Source of the DNA: Phoronis australis
Taxonomy: Eukaryota > Animalia > Phoronida
NCBI GenBank assembly: GCA_002633005.1
Contig: NMRA01000104.1
Span: 268,070-332,069, forward strand
Direction: 5' to 3'
Length of the DNA: 64,000 nt
Made by a program: the position numbers and the translations under genes. The notes under the pieces are model-generated. The model was not told where the DNA came from and ran no database searches. It saw only the letters and a program-made list of their open reading frames with translations. Shown piece after piece: positions 14,101 to 29,100 of the stretch (within the stretch, counting starts at the first letter, position 1; every line of letters begins with the position of its first letter).

Positions 14101-17100
14101 GGACAAGTGAAATTTCGTTTTCTCAAATTTCTCACCAAAAAGAACTTCCCGGTCAATTTACTTTGCTTTTAGCATGGTTTGTAAGGCATAGCTATTGCCA
14201 GACAACATTTACTAAAATTTGGAGCATTTGCAACAGTGTGGTAAGCCACAAAAATGGAAATATGTCAATTTTTACAATCATGTCTTATCCATAGTTTTCG
14301 TGGCTCCTGCATGAGTTCGGAAATCCATTGATGAACCAGCAAAAGGGACTATTGCCCAAATGTCCACAGTATAGGCATGGACTTACATGAAGTTGTCCCC
14401 CATGTTTGTATTTTTGACGGAGAACCCTGGTAAAATAAAATGTTACTCTCTGTTTTGTTAATTCACAAGGAAGTCATGTTGAGTTATGAAACTACAAATC
14501 TCTGATCGCATCTTCTGTCTGTTTTTTCCATCTCAAGTAGTTGAATTAAAATTCACTCTTAAGGTCAGCTCTGCAATTTTCTAAAACTGTATTTGTAAAG
14601 AAACTGGATTGTAGCATTATGTTTTGGTGAAGTAATGAAACTTGTGAATGTCTCTACATACTACTACCCGAGTACTCCTTAGTATGAAGTGGAACTTGTG
14701 TAGGGTTGTCATGGAGACGGGCTGTTATCTTCCAATCATTAACACAAAAGACATTCCTTTTCTGTTGAGCAACTGATTTTTTAATTGATTTTATAAATCT
14801 TTATTTTCAACAAAGAGACTCACCTATCATAATTAAATGTGCTCTCAATTGTCGTTCCATGATGCTCACTAACAAGCACTGCTATGACAAAACCTTTTGT
14901 GATCCAAAACATGATGCATATAGTAATTACATGTCATAGACACTTTGTATTCTTATTTGCAGGTGGTGGTCTTGCTTGATCCTACTGAAGACCCTGATGA
15001 TGTATTGAGGGTGAACCGGTCACGAGAGAAGCAATATGTCTTTGACAGTGTCTTTGATGGCATGTCTGGCCAAGTATGTCCACTTCAGTATCACTCATTT
15101 CTGTTTGTATTAAGATATTCTGTCTGTATATTAAATATCTTTCCATATCGTGGTCGCTTGGGCATCTCTTCTAATATCTACTTGAGAGAAAAGTTTTTCA
15201 AAAACTCAGGTCATTAGCACCTTTTTACCTGAAGGGCACGAATAACCCTTTGAAATCGTCAAAAGGGGTCTACTCTCAGAACTAGATATTTACGCATTGA
15301 CAGATCAGCTCAACAGCATTCTCTAGAACAACACTGTTTTTAAAATGTTTGCATGGGGTACTGTCAAAAATGGCTCTTTCATAAATTTTATATATTCCTA
15401 TCTGTTTTAGTTCAAAAATACATGAAAAATTATAAATTAAATGTGGAAATCTGTTACTAAAGTTCACAGATTAGTGTAAAGTCCAAACATGAAGAGGATT
15501 TCAACTTTAAAGTCTTGGTAAATTTTACTCTCTTTAGTTTGTACTTTGTAGACACTAATTACCATACTCGTCTGGGTTACCACCCAGGGCACTTAAATTG
15601 GGAACTTAAAAAACGGGGTGGGCGGTAAGTCGAACATGGGTGGTTAAAATCAAAATTTTTTGAAAAATCTGGAGTCTGTGCTTAGTGCACAGAGGACCGA
15701 GGCGGATTGAAGTAACGGACTTCGACAGCCCGAAGTGAAATAGTGCACACGATACAGTGAAGTTATTAGGAAAATCTTAAGATTTATCATAAACAAAACT
15801 AAGTTAAGGAAGGGTAATGAATATTTTCAGATGACTCATCTGACTTGAAGTCAGAATGTAGCCTTAGGAAGCTAACACATTTAATGTGACTCTCTTTGTA
15901 GATTATTAATTTTGATTGTTAATGTTGAAATTTAGGACATTATTAGTTTGCTTTTTTACATAGGTTTTCAGAATACATGATTTTCTGTTATTCCATTTTC
16001 TGACACTCATAAACTACCGATGCATTAAAGATACTTTTCTAAAATAAGGGACTGCGGTTATGAATTACTATCCTAGTGCTATATTAGGATTCACTGATTG
16101 GAGTCAATGACTTTTCTCAGATTGATTAAATCAGGTCTTCAACATTCACTGGCATCCTGTTTTCCATTTACCTGTCTAGGTAATAGAGATGGTTGTACTG
16201 TAAATGTAGCCTGGAATCCTAATCATGGTCTTTACAAGCTTGCTTCATCATAACAATAGTCATGTGAATCAATAGAGCAAATATTTCTATAATCCAGTGT
16301 GTGTTCATGGGATCTATTGATGTTTGATAATCATTACTGAAGCCATGTACTTTGTTGGCTTAAGCAAAATTTACTTAGCAAGAATACCCACACATTGTGA
16401 ATATTTTATGAGGTCTTGTTTTGTTAGTGTGAATAAGTGATATTTTTGTATATTAGAATCCTTCAAACTTGAATTTTCTGTGTTAATTGCTTCCCAATTC
16501 TGTCTAGGGTTCGTTTAATGTCCTCCTGATACACCAGAGTATTCGTATTTTTCAACTGATGCGCAACTGAGGTGTTAAAACACAAATTACGCACACAGAG
16601 TTTACTATGATAATTCTTTTATTAGACTAGTACACTCTGATAGTTTGCACACCACCTTAAAATGCTGTGAAAATCTTCCTGTAGTTCATTCATGTAACAT
16701 TGTGGGAAACAGTAATTTGTACACTGGATAACAATCTGAAAAATAACTCGTATGCCTCATGACCAGAATGTATTTCGTATGCCTTATACTTTTTGTTCCA
16801 AAATGACTTTCAATATTTCGTATGTATGGGTAGATTAATCTTCTAATAGTTTGTAACATTTAAATATCTTCAAATACTTTGTATGTTGCGTTTCCAGGGA
16901 AACAATTTTGTGCGCACTAATACAAGAATTACCATAATTTATTTTTAGGTATTTATAGAGCATAAACCTTCTTTGAGTTAATAGCTGCGTTACTATGTTT
17001 TTCAAAAAATTTGCAAAAATCTTTTTACAGGAATTGTTTCCACTGTGTTTCATTGTGTCCCCAAGCAGTATGAAATATTCTTCCTACAACTCTTCAGCAT

Positions 17101-20100
17101 TCTGAAGGCATAAAGTAAAATGTTTGTTTTAATATTAAATACTTGGATGTTTCCGCCATTTCTTGCATTTGAATATCCCAAATAACTGTGGATATGGCAA
17201 ATTTTGAAAGGCAATATTTTGAACATCGGGCATCTAAAATTCTTTTAATGGTAAAGTTCTACAGTAAAAATTCTCCAGTTTAGGACAGTTTCTAAAATTT
17301 GTGGCATGCATGAATGGAATTTTCTTGATTCTGTAATTTGGGTCAAGGGGATTGTGACATTCAGCGTATTTCTCAATTTGGGATGTGTTTTAGATCTACA
17401 AAGTCGGTAATTATGACGTATTCGAGTGATTTTTGAATGTCAAGTGGCCAATATTGCCTACTTCTAGAACTTTGGGAAAGCTTCAACCTTGGCGAGAATT
17501 TGAACCATACCATTTACATAGTACACTCAGCCACCATACTTGCACTATTTACATAGTACACTCAGCCACCATACTTGCACCATTTACATTTTGTTTATGT
17601 GATTGGAGTGTCCTTTTTACTACGTTGCACAGCGAGTGTACTTTTCATTTATGTGTTTCATTTATGCTTCATAATATTTTATTTCATTTTATATTATTTA
17701 TGTTCATAAAATTGTATTATTGAACATGTTTTTAACTGGACCCAAGGAAGAACAGTGACTCCCACTGACTGGGAACCTCGCTCTAAGTAAAGAATAAATC
17801 AAATTAAAAAGATTTTATGTGACCCAGACCCCCCCCCCTTTCCTCGCCCCTGCTCCAATATGCACCTCTTCAATCTCTCATCTTTTGATTTCAGGAAGAG
17901 GTGTTCGCCAAGACGACTAAAAGTCTTATAGACAATGTCATCCATGGTTTCAATGCGACAGTATTTGCATATGGAGCTACAGGTTCGTTTGTTCCATGAT
18001 GTTCTACAGCTATACAAACCTTTATAAGTAATCTGAGTCTGATACTTGCCATTAAAGGTATTAAAATATCTGTCCATGTGTACGTGCATCATGCATGTCC
18101 TTCTGTCATCGCATCTCTTATAAATTATTACCGTACCCCTTGAGCTTGTCACTCACAGATTCACATTAAAACATCAATGCTTTGTTGCCAACCTGGCTAA
18201 GTGATTACATTTTCTCGCTCATGCGTGAGTTTGTCATGTTACAGGCGCTGGAAAGACACACACAATGCTGGGTACACAATTTGAGCCTGGCATCATGCCC
18301 AGGACTCTCAACGCTTTATTCCAAGCTATGGAAGATACACAGGATAGCATGCAATACAAAGTGAACATGTCTTACTTTGAGGTAGGTCTAAGCAGGTTGT
18401 GTTCATTTTGATTACTGATCGTACCAAAGAATTGCTTCTGTTTATTGTATGCTTGTGTGTGAGACCAGGCTTAGATTGTACCATATGTGTTTTATTTGAA
18501 TGCCAAATATTATGTTACTTTCAAAATGAACAAACGTGTCCCATGTCAAGAACTTGGCCTATTTTGAAACATGAGGGAATTGAAATAAGCGAACATTATG
18601 CTCTGTATTTGAACATTGGAAGATGCACCGATGTGTATAAATTGTAACCGATGATCACATATTTCAAGCAAATAGGGCTGCAGCTGCTTATTATCGGGTT
18701 GGATGAATTCAACATAGTCACCGTTTCTTTCAAATGACAGCTGGTCTGCTTGTTGGGAGCGTATTTCAACAGATTCCAAACGAGCTAAATTTTGTAAAAT
18801 GTCAGTTAAGTTGTGCTGTCATGGAAGTAATGTGCCTCCTATATGTGGGTGGTTATCTTCACTAATCCTATCAGATGAGCTCATTTGTGGAGCTGGAGTC
18901 ATGGTGTGCTTATGACGTAATATTATACAAGGGTGGACTGATCCTGAGGGAAATGGGGTTATATATTTGGAGGGGGAGGAGGATGGGGCGTGTCGTCCTG
19001 CTTTCATTGACTTGTGCTTGCTAACTTTCTTTAAACAATCAGGGTTGGTTTATGTTTTCTGTAGCTGATCAGCTTACGAATAGTGACACCTGGTGTCCAA
19101 GCGGCTAAATGGATAATGTTGCTTCATGAAGCCTATGGCGAGATGGATTCAGTGGGCGTATAATAATACGTGACAATCTTCATAGAGTGATTACATTATT
19201 CCCTGAGGGGTGCTAATGTCAGCAGGTGGCTTTGTTGGACAGCACTATCTAATCTAGACTCGCTGTACATAATGATTATGAATTGCTAAGCAATATATAA
19301 AAACTTATTACCTAATAACCTTAACAACTACCTCTTATTAAGAATAGGAAGTGTTAAAAGGTAACAATAACGTGTTTCATGATGTAGTTATGAGATGATA
19401 TTTTGTTAATGTGCCTTGGGTGGATGACATGTCTATGCCAGTGTGTGGCTGATCAATATTGCTTTACATCTCAGTAATCTGTTTGATCAGATGGATAAAG
19501 ATATAAACTGCATTTTTGATGTGTCTCTACCACCACCTCCAATCCAGTGTCTCTTAACTAGATGTTTTTGTAAAGCAGCCTTCGAACTTCAGGTTTCTGT
19601 CTTTAATACTGTAAGTTTTGATACCAAAGAAATATTCTTTTGACTTAAATTTTTAAAGACCTCAGTAAAGGAGGTTGCGGCAATATTGCATTAGCTTCAA
19701 CGTCTAGACGCTTGTCAGTTACAGATGTTTCCATTCTGTGTAATCACTGTTTTGTCCTGTTATTGATTCTTTCAAATTGCTGATATTCTTGTTATATTAT
19801 CTGTGCCTTATTTTTGCTGCTGCACCGAACAACCCCTGACCGTGGCTGTCGTGCGTACTAATTTGATGTTTGGGGAAGCATTGATTTTAATGACTGGTTT
19901 GAATAGGTGCTCACTCATGTAAAGTTGAAGAATCAATGGATGGACAATAGTTGCCAGGTGTTACTTGTTCGAGTGAAATGTCTGGTGTCTGGCATGATGA
20001 CCATCATTTTGGTGTAACCCACGCAAGCTTATATGTTGATGTCCTGCAGAATGTGTGCATTATCTAAAAATCCCTTTAATTCATAGGATTATGAATTAGT

Positions 20101-23100
20101 TAAGATTTTGGACCAATGTATTACTGTCTGGGATTTTACATTTCTTATACTCTGATATTTTTATAAGGAGACTATTATTAAAAATAACAATAACTGAAAA
20201 TATTGTCAATAAATGTTGATACGTGATCATGATTGTAAAGAAATGGTCATCGTCCGTTCCATGAAACTGATAAATGAGAGCATGAAATGATGTGTCGGTA
20301 CATAAAAATGCGCCATTGTAATGTGGTGCTTACTTAGTTGGCGTTCATCTTCTTCAACACATTCACCATACTAATGAACCAAATGACGTTCAACAGTCAG
20401 CCTGTAATGAGCTTGGAAGCACCACTTATTTAACATGCTAGGTTTTGTATGATATGATTTATGACCTTATGGATACCATAGTAACAAATAAGCTTAATTG
20501 CGTTGATTTTTAATGAGGGCTTACCAAAGCTTAATTTGTCAAAGTACCAACAACAGAGAGGCTTGGGTATAAATTTGCAACAGTCATATTACCTTTGGTA
20601 TAACGACTCTGTTTTGTACATTTCAGATTTACAATGAAATGATTCGTGATTTGTTAAACCCTTCTTCTGGTTATCTTGAGTTAAGAGAAGATGGCAAGGG
20701 GGACATTACTGTAGCTGGTCTGACAGAAGTGTCAACACGATCAACTGTAGAGGTATACTGGAGGGATTGCTTCACTAAAAGTAGCCCTTGCTGTTGGGCA
20801 TTCCTACTGATAGCCTGTTCATGTGGTCCACCTGTAATAGCTGGTTGGACTTAGTGGACAGTTCCACTGATGTTATTGGAGAGGCAGCTTGTTTGCTTTC
20901 TTTACTGTGAATGATATCAGTAATCAATTATCAGGTCTACTCCTGGTCTGTTGTATTTACTGTTTTGGCTAGCTGGCTTTCAGGCTTTCACATAGATGTA
21001 TGCCTCTTGAAAATCTGTTGTGTTCTTCATTCTATGAATCAAAATATTTTGTAACTGTCAGTGTGTATATCTAACCTCATTTGTTGCTAAACAAGTGTCT
21101 GTTACCTACTTGTATGTGTGGTTGTATACCACAGATCTCTTGCAATTAGTGTCTCATACCTGATTCAGGGTTCTCCACTTTTCGAAATTAAAAAAAGGGC
21201 ACAACCATGCCAGACAACATAGCTAGGGCACTCAAGCATAGGCAACCATAGGCAGATCTAGGGAGGTCAAGGGAGTTCGGATCCCCCTTTTTTCTCTTGA
21301 TTTCAGTGATGTCAAATCTAGAATTTTCAAATTGTTGTCTTGGACCCCCATGTTTAAAAAATCCTGGATCCGCCCCTGTCATGAGAACTCTCTCCTTATA
21401 CTGAGGGCTTTAGGTGGGCTGTCTCCAGAGGCTTTGTATTCAGGGATTGTTTCTTGCATTTTTGGAAATCTTTTTGTTGAAATGAGTCATTGCAAGAATG
21501 AAATTATGTAATCTGCTTACTAGTCAAAATAGGATTGAATTCATTTTTAGCAAAATTTTGCAAATTAATGGTCTTGACTCTGTAAACTAAAAAAATTGTC
21601 TTTAATTCCCATTATCTAACCCACAACACAGAAAAGCATATATTTTTAGCTCTTAAAGTAGGTCCATAATTTTATTCTTCCTTAGTTTCCTTTTCAACAC
21701 TAGTGTTCTGAGTGGCTTTGAACCTTTGACCTCTGTTAGCTGACCAAACAGATGCACGTGACAACTTGGGATGACAGTGGGACTGGTGCGTTATTAGAGG
21801 GGGAGTTTTCAGCTATTACTCCATTTGAAACTTGAGATTTAATTAATTGCAGAACTTGCAGTAAGTGTCTGTTACCTGACTGTTGTATGCGATATTGTAG
21901 ATCATGGGTCTTTTGCAACAAGGCAACGCAGTGAGAACTCAAGAGCCAACCAAAGCCAACTTGACATCGAGTCGATCACATGCCCTACTTCAGGTGGTGG
22001 TAAAACAAAGAAGCAGGGCTCGCAATATTCACGAACATATCCGTTCAGGGAAACTATATCTGATAGACCTTGCAGGCTCTGAACGGGCATCTAACACACA
22101 GAACCGAGGCAAACGCATGGTTGAAGGAGCACACATTAACCGATCGTTGCTGGCTCTTGGCAACTGTATTAATGCTTTATGTAAGTCAACTACAACTGGT
22201 TACAGTAATGTCTTATTGTTCATCTTTTCCTGATTATTATTTGCAAAATTTATCCGAATTACCGTCCCTGAGTTTAAAGATCATGATCATTTTGTATCAC
22301 TTTTAAGAAATTCCGATTTCTGTCTATGTATTTCACCAATAATAAATTGTCCATTGTAGTTCCGTTTGCTTTCCTTGCTAGAGCTGACCATTTACAATTC
22401 TCTGTTTCAGCTGAGAAAGGTGGTAAATATGTGAACTACCGTGACAGTAAACTAACAAGACTGTTGAAAGATTCACTGGGAGGCAACTGTAAAACAGTGA
22501 TGATTGCACACATCAGCCCTGCTAGTCTCAGCTTTGAGGAGTCTCGTAACACGCTTGTGTACGCTGATCGTGCCAAACATATAAAAACAAAGGTATGCAT
22601 TTTTATTGCTGGGCTGTATACGGTGTTTGGAGGTTGGGCACATTTTTTATCAATGTTACCTTTTTGACCTGTTTTTGTACCTAATGTTTTTCGGTTTTTA
22701 AATGAATTTGCAACAAGGTACTAATTTCTGCCTAGTAATCACTAATTTCTAGTTTGAGATAAAATTGTTAAGTTTGCCTTGTTAACATTGTTTAAAATAA
22801 ATGTGCACTGTATTCTATTTAATTTCTAAACAAGCTAAATTTCTAATAAATCAGTATATCTTACGTATGGCTGTCACAACCAAGTATTTCAATCAATCTC
22901 ATCATGTTCAAAGTGTCCCAAGAAGTTGGTGGAACAAGCTGATGGGCAGAAATGAGAACTTTTGACCAAAAAACTCGCCTCAACCTCAGTTGTGGTTGTG
23001 GGTTCTTACACACACATAGTAACGAGTGTCTCCAATGTTTGTTTTGTCCCCACTCAGGTTTTGACCATTGTGTCACGATTCTTGAGAAGGTAGTTAAAAC

Positions 23101-26100
23101 TATGTTTGGTATGATAGCACGAGATTGATAGCGAGATCTGTTGACAGGTTCGCAAGAATCTGATAGATGTGCAGTACCACGTGGCACAATACACGGCCAT
23201 TATTCAAGAGTTGAGGGAGGAGATAGAGAGACTACAGCAGAAACTACATCACAAGACTGGAGATGGCGCTGTATCAAGCATCCAGGCTGTTCAAAGTAGG
23301 CTATGCAGTTTTTTGTGTCTTAGGATAGAATCATAGACCATTTTTTCACGTCCATTCACTTCCAAATCCTGTCGTATAACAATTAAGGCCAAGAAAACAT
23401 AATTATATTTATATAATTGTTTCTGGGCCCGGGAGTCTAATCTTTGTACTTTAAATCAAACCCGAAACTATTTTGCTACTTTTTGTCCTGCTTTACTACA
23501 AACTCAAACTAATTATCTATTATTCTATGCTCGAGTACATTATGGTTTCCGCAAATGAGATAGATACTTTCACTGTTGATGAACCTTATATTCAAGCTAC
23601 AAACTGGAGTAAAAACTCAAAATTTTGAGTTGAGACTCAAGGTCATGACTTAAGTGCTGGAGTCAGCAAGTACAAACTGGGATCAGACAGTCATCTAAGT
23701 GGACCTTAAAGTACTCGAGCACAGAATTACGAACATTTGAGTTTGTATTAGATTGATATTGTCAAAAAAATTTTGACTTTGATTTCAAGTACAAAGATTA
23801 GACTCCAGACCTTGGTCTGTGCTTTCTGAAAATTGATGCGATGTTTATTTTAACATGAAAAGGGGATTGTTTTATTTCTTTGGAGGGGTGACTGTAACTC
23901 AAATCCACATGAATTAAGGTCAAGCCACTTTGTTCAGGAAATATACCTTTAGATACTTTTGCATTGCTTTGAAAGGATTACTGACGAGTTGTTGTGGGCG
24001 GATGTTGTTTTATTTGAATAGTGAGATGCAGGCAACCAAATGCTATTTTTATGCAATTTGCTCAGTTACACAGACTCATCAATTGAAAAGTACGTGACTT
24101 TGTATGTATGAAGTTAGGTGATCATTAATAAATCAGCAAGGTCTGTAATTGTAACACTCACAGGTCTTTACCTGTCTTGTAATTGTTTGTTTTCTGTGTT
24201 CTTAAAGTCGAGGCATTTCTCCATGCAATATTAATGGGACATTTTCTTCATAAATATTATAAGACATTGACAAGGGGACGATTGTGTTCTTCAAGTTATA
24301 CAGTATTTTCCAATCCATACGATAAGACTTCGCTTGACTGCTCACAGTCAAAGACATTAAGCGAAATAGCTTCATCATTGAATAGTGCAATGCTGAAGGA
24401 CATTTAAAGAAAAATTCCAGGACTTTTGGACGTTGAGGTAAATAATAATAATTAAAATGGCTTCTTTGATATCTAGATAGCATTTTTGTAAAAAAATAAT
24501 TTGGCATAGCATTTTTGTAAAAAAATAATTTGGCGAAATTCAAACTTTCCCGAAACGGAAACTCAAGGTCACACGAATTCACTGCCATTTTATCCTGTGC
24601 ATTGTCATTGGAAAATCGTTGCCAATCTCTAATAAGTCATTCACTTGTTCCTGGATCTGATGGCGAAGTGAACATTTCTTGAGAGTTTCTGGAATTGTAA
24701 ACTATCGTTGTGTATGAAATCCAACCATTGATTCGGAATGACTTTAATAAGTGTATTTAAGTCGGACTCAGAAATGGGTGCGTGGGAGCCCCTGGCTGGG
24801 GGTGATAGTCGCGAGTGATGGCGAGGGCTTTTTCCACTGTGATGCGGTAGAAGGCTATCAATTCAAACTGAGTTATGCCGAGGAAGAGTATTACTAGTCA
24901 AGTTGAGCAATAAGACGTCAGCAACATCTACAGTCGGGAGTGCAACAACTTGTCACAACACATAAGATCAGTCTGGCTCTGTTAGGAGACTGACATTTAC
25001 TGAGTCCGACGCAGGCTTGCTAAGTAACTCGGTTTCGGGAAAGTCTGAATTTCAGTGAATTCATTTTTTTACAAAAATGATACCCAATTACCTAAAAATT
25101 CATTTTAGTTCAATCTTGTTATTTACTCAAACGTCCTAAAATCTTGGAATTTTTCTTTAAAGACAGAAACCAGTTTCAAACAAAGATTACCTGATGCCAA
25201 CTATGTTATGTTGAAAGCCCATATTGGTTTAAGGGGGCCAAAAGGAAATTAATGTAGCAAAAAAGGATTTATGGCTTATTGAGCATTGCCTCCTGATCAT
25301 TGGTCTCTGTTGTTGTTTGTGTATCCTACGTGCACTGTCCTTCTTCTAGATGAAGTCAATCGTCACGAACACGAGGTTGAGTTGGCTGTTGTCAAAGAGA
25401 GGCTGCTGACGGCATTTAGGGATCAGATGGAGTTACGTGAGAGCTGGATGGAGTTGAACACAGCCTTGATGGAGATAGAGGGGGAGAGGAATAGAAATCT
25501 GAGGGTGGTGACTGAGTGGGAGGGGGAGAGGTTGAAGAATCTCAAGAGGAGGGACTCTACAGATGGTGAAAGTACAGACAACAGGGAGAAAGGTGGGTTG
25601 GCCTGCTGATGAACACAAACACTAAAGTGTTGTCTCCGTAATGTGTATCAGTTGGATGACTGCTTGTTAGCAGGTCCACACTGTGTTCTGTGGGTTTTAT
25701 TGGATGGGAAGACACTGATTCAAGAATTCTATTTTGTGTTGAAAATTTTGAATTTGTCATGTCTCCAATAAAAGCAGTTATTTTGCTGCAGCACACATTT
25801 ATTTAACAAGATTTTTACTGTGCTTTATGGGCTGAATTCATGGCACAGCCAACTGGTTACTGTTGTGTATTGCATTGACCGGGTTGTCTTGTTGACAGAG
25901 CAAGAGAAACTACGTGAATTGCAAGGTTACTCTGAGGAGACTCCGGAGCCCGAGGAAGTGCGTGAAGCTCGCCAGGAGATGAAGAACCTGGTGAAAGAGA
26001 TGCAGCGTACAGAGAGCATCAAGAGTACTGTGGAGAAGGAGATTGGAGAGTCCAGGCAAAAGATAACAACGTTGGTGGAGGTACGTGATGTCAGAGAAAC

Positions 26101-29100
26101 GGTAGTAACAGCTATTATTATATGTATATGTGTACTACAAGTATAGCCAAAAAGACCGACTCCCTGAGCACTGACCCAAAAGCAGTAAATTAATGTATTT
26201 AAATTGTTTCAATTGCACGTTGACTGTTTTCAATGTGTTTATTTATTGCCAGCTTTTTTATACGGAAATATTTACAAGCATGTTTTCTGCTAACTCCACT
26301 GATAAGTAGAGTTATATTTAGTAGTCAAGCATTCGTCTTAATACTCCAAATAGTCTATGTGAGCACATTCATTTCACTAAGTGTTGTGCTTCTTATAGGA
26401 ACTGCCTAGAATCACTGGCAACAAGGAACATTTGGAGATTCTTACCCTGCTCTGCAAGGTTCACGAGAAGGAGATTGAAAACACGGAATTGAAGATGCAT
26501 CTGTTGCTACGGCAACATGAGATGGAGAACAACGAGTTGGCCATACAAACATACACACATTATAGAAATTTGTGTGATGAAATTATTCGACAGCAGAGAG
26601 CTCTTATTGATGGTAAGTGGTGTCATCTATTGATGGTAAGTGGTGTCATCTATTGATGGTAAGTGGTGTCATCTATTGATGGTAAGTGGTGTCATTATCT
26701 ATTGATTTATGTTGTGATGAGACATCAATAACTTAATTGTCGAATGCACAGTGTCTGTATTGTGTCTCAGAGTCATGTTAATTATCATTTAAATCCCGTA
26801 GCTTGCAATCGTTACTTAATGTCTCGTCTACAGACATTTTCGTTGACAAATTACACAACTCCGGTACAATTAATGCACTCATTTGTCTGGGAAAACATGT
26901 CTACATCTGTTGCCAAAGACTCAGATATGTTTCTCCCTCAATGAAATTGTTCGAGAAGGTCTTCAAGTATATTCAAATGAAGAAATATCTCTATTTCAGA
27001 AATTTTGAATATAAAAAATTGAGAATATTTTTAAAAAACTGAACCGTACATGGTCCTCTCTGACTCTTTTATTTTCTTGAGTACGCACGGGTTTTGGTTT
27101 AAATTTGTTGCCAGGTCTCGAAATGGGTGCACATGTGTTCGTCCTTTGTGTATTGTACCTTATTTACTTTTGTGTTTTCAATAAATGTATAAGTGCTAAA
27201 AATATCTTGCACTGTGTGTTCATGGCAAAATTAAGAATTGTTTCATTGGTTTAGCATCTCATCTTAGTTGTAACCTAGTAATATGTATCCTGGAACTGCT
27301 GTGTGTGCATGTGTACTATTGCCGCTTGTAATGGGTATGGTTGTATGATTGTTCTTTAAGCCTATAACAGTAGAGTAATAACCGTCATTACAGAACACAA
27401 AATCACGTGTCCTAAGGAACTTGAAGAACTGTACGAGTTGTACTTGCATGAGCGAGAAGATCGCCAGACGTCCCGTGCCATATCTCTTCCCAGTCTACAG
27501 AACCTCAAGGTACTAATCACTCCACGCTGCTTAACTCGTTGTGTAATGTGACTCTTCAGTCAGATAGAGATGGGTAGTGCATTCTGGGTATTTGTACTGT
27601 GTATAGAATTCTGTTTGCATAAGGGTAAGGCCTGATATTATCAATATGATATGAGTGTTCAGTTGTTATTTGGCACTATGTTGTTAGTATTATGTAGGAC
27701 TAGTCTGTATATTTTAGCCAAATATCTACAAAACCATAGATTTTTACTGCAGAGTAAAAAGTATGCATTTTTCTGAAAGTGGAATGCTGGTTGAATTCGA
27801 TTGTTGATTTTTTACAAATCTGCCATTAATTGGGTTGAGGTCTTAAAAATGATAGTACATTTTTTAAATGTTTTCATTTTACGCACATTTTGAATTTTTT
27901 CATGAAATAAAAGTAATATTGTGCTTTTTTGATTGTTCCTTATGCAAAAGTGGAATATTTTAAAAACAGTGTTTTGGAGAACTTAACAATGCATAAAGCA
28001 TCGAATTTTCTTTTTTTTTACTTATTTCTGACATATGGTGTTCCAAAGTTAGCCAAATTTGGACATTTTTTAAGGTCCTACGTAACGTTATAGGCCTCTC
28101 CTTTGTCCCATATATTGTAAATAATATACGCGAGTGTGTTTGTTGTAGGTTTCATCTCTGTCTAGTCTGGGTGACAGAAGACAAATGTTTGGTGAGGAGC
28201 TTGACAAGCTAGCAGTTGTCGAGCCTGTTCGAGATGCTTCTGTACTCCGCAAGCAACTGTTGAAGAAGTCTTCAGATGCCATGACTAACCAAGACCAAGA
28301 GTACGTGCATGTTACTTAAATCTGATACACAGTTATACGTTTCTGTGCCTGGGGAGTGGACTATTTGAAACATAGTCTTGTGCCCAGCTGGTTTCCTGCA
28401 TTTATGCGATAATAAAAAATTAAACTGTTTCTGACAATAGTTGACATTGAAGGGGCAATTTCACACGTCTGTGAAGAGTCACCTTTCTTTTGTTACCTAG
28501 GTCATCATTACTTCTGGCCATGCTCATTATGTTGCTTATTACACTGGTTTAGTTTCAATGGTGAAGGCAGGCTACTTCCAGATGATTTATTTTCTGTTCA
28601 AATAAAGGACAAGTTAGAATGTCTTGATGTTGCAGTCATAAAACAGGTCTGTGTAAAAAGTTGATTTTAGCTTTCAGAATGCTGTTAATTTGGATTTTAA
28701 TGCATTCCATTTTCATAGACTGGTTAGAAATAGGCTTTTGAATTGTATTATGTCCAGTTGCTGTGTTGTTTATTCTATCATGCTTAGTTTTTGTTGGATT
28801 GCGTTCAGTTACTGTTTATTTTATTATCATAAATGTCACTGTATTGTTTGTTGCATTTATTTTTAATACGGTTTTGCAGAAAAGAGGATGAACAAAAGCT
28901 CTTCTCTCACAGTCCCAAGTCTAAGCAAATGAAGGAGTCTGAGTACACGTCCAACCTGTTAAGTCCCCCTAGTCACCTGTTAAGTCCTCCTCAGGTGAAG
29001 AGTAAAGAAGAGACACTCTACTCTATAAGTGTCCGCAGCAATAGCACTGTAGACTCTCCAGGAGATAGCAGTAATACTGATCCAAATAGGAAAATTGAAC

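Noticed and set aside
17730-17805. Possible LINE 3' tail (GGACCCAAGGAAGAA...AATAAA)
   Set aside because: Only a short motif-level resemblance and no reverse transcriptase remnant seen.
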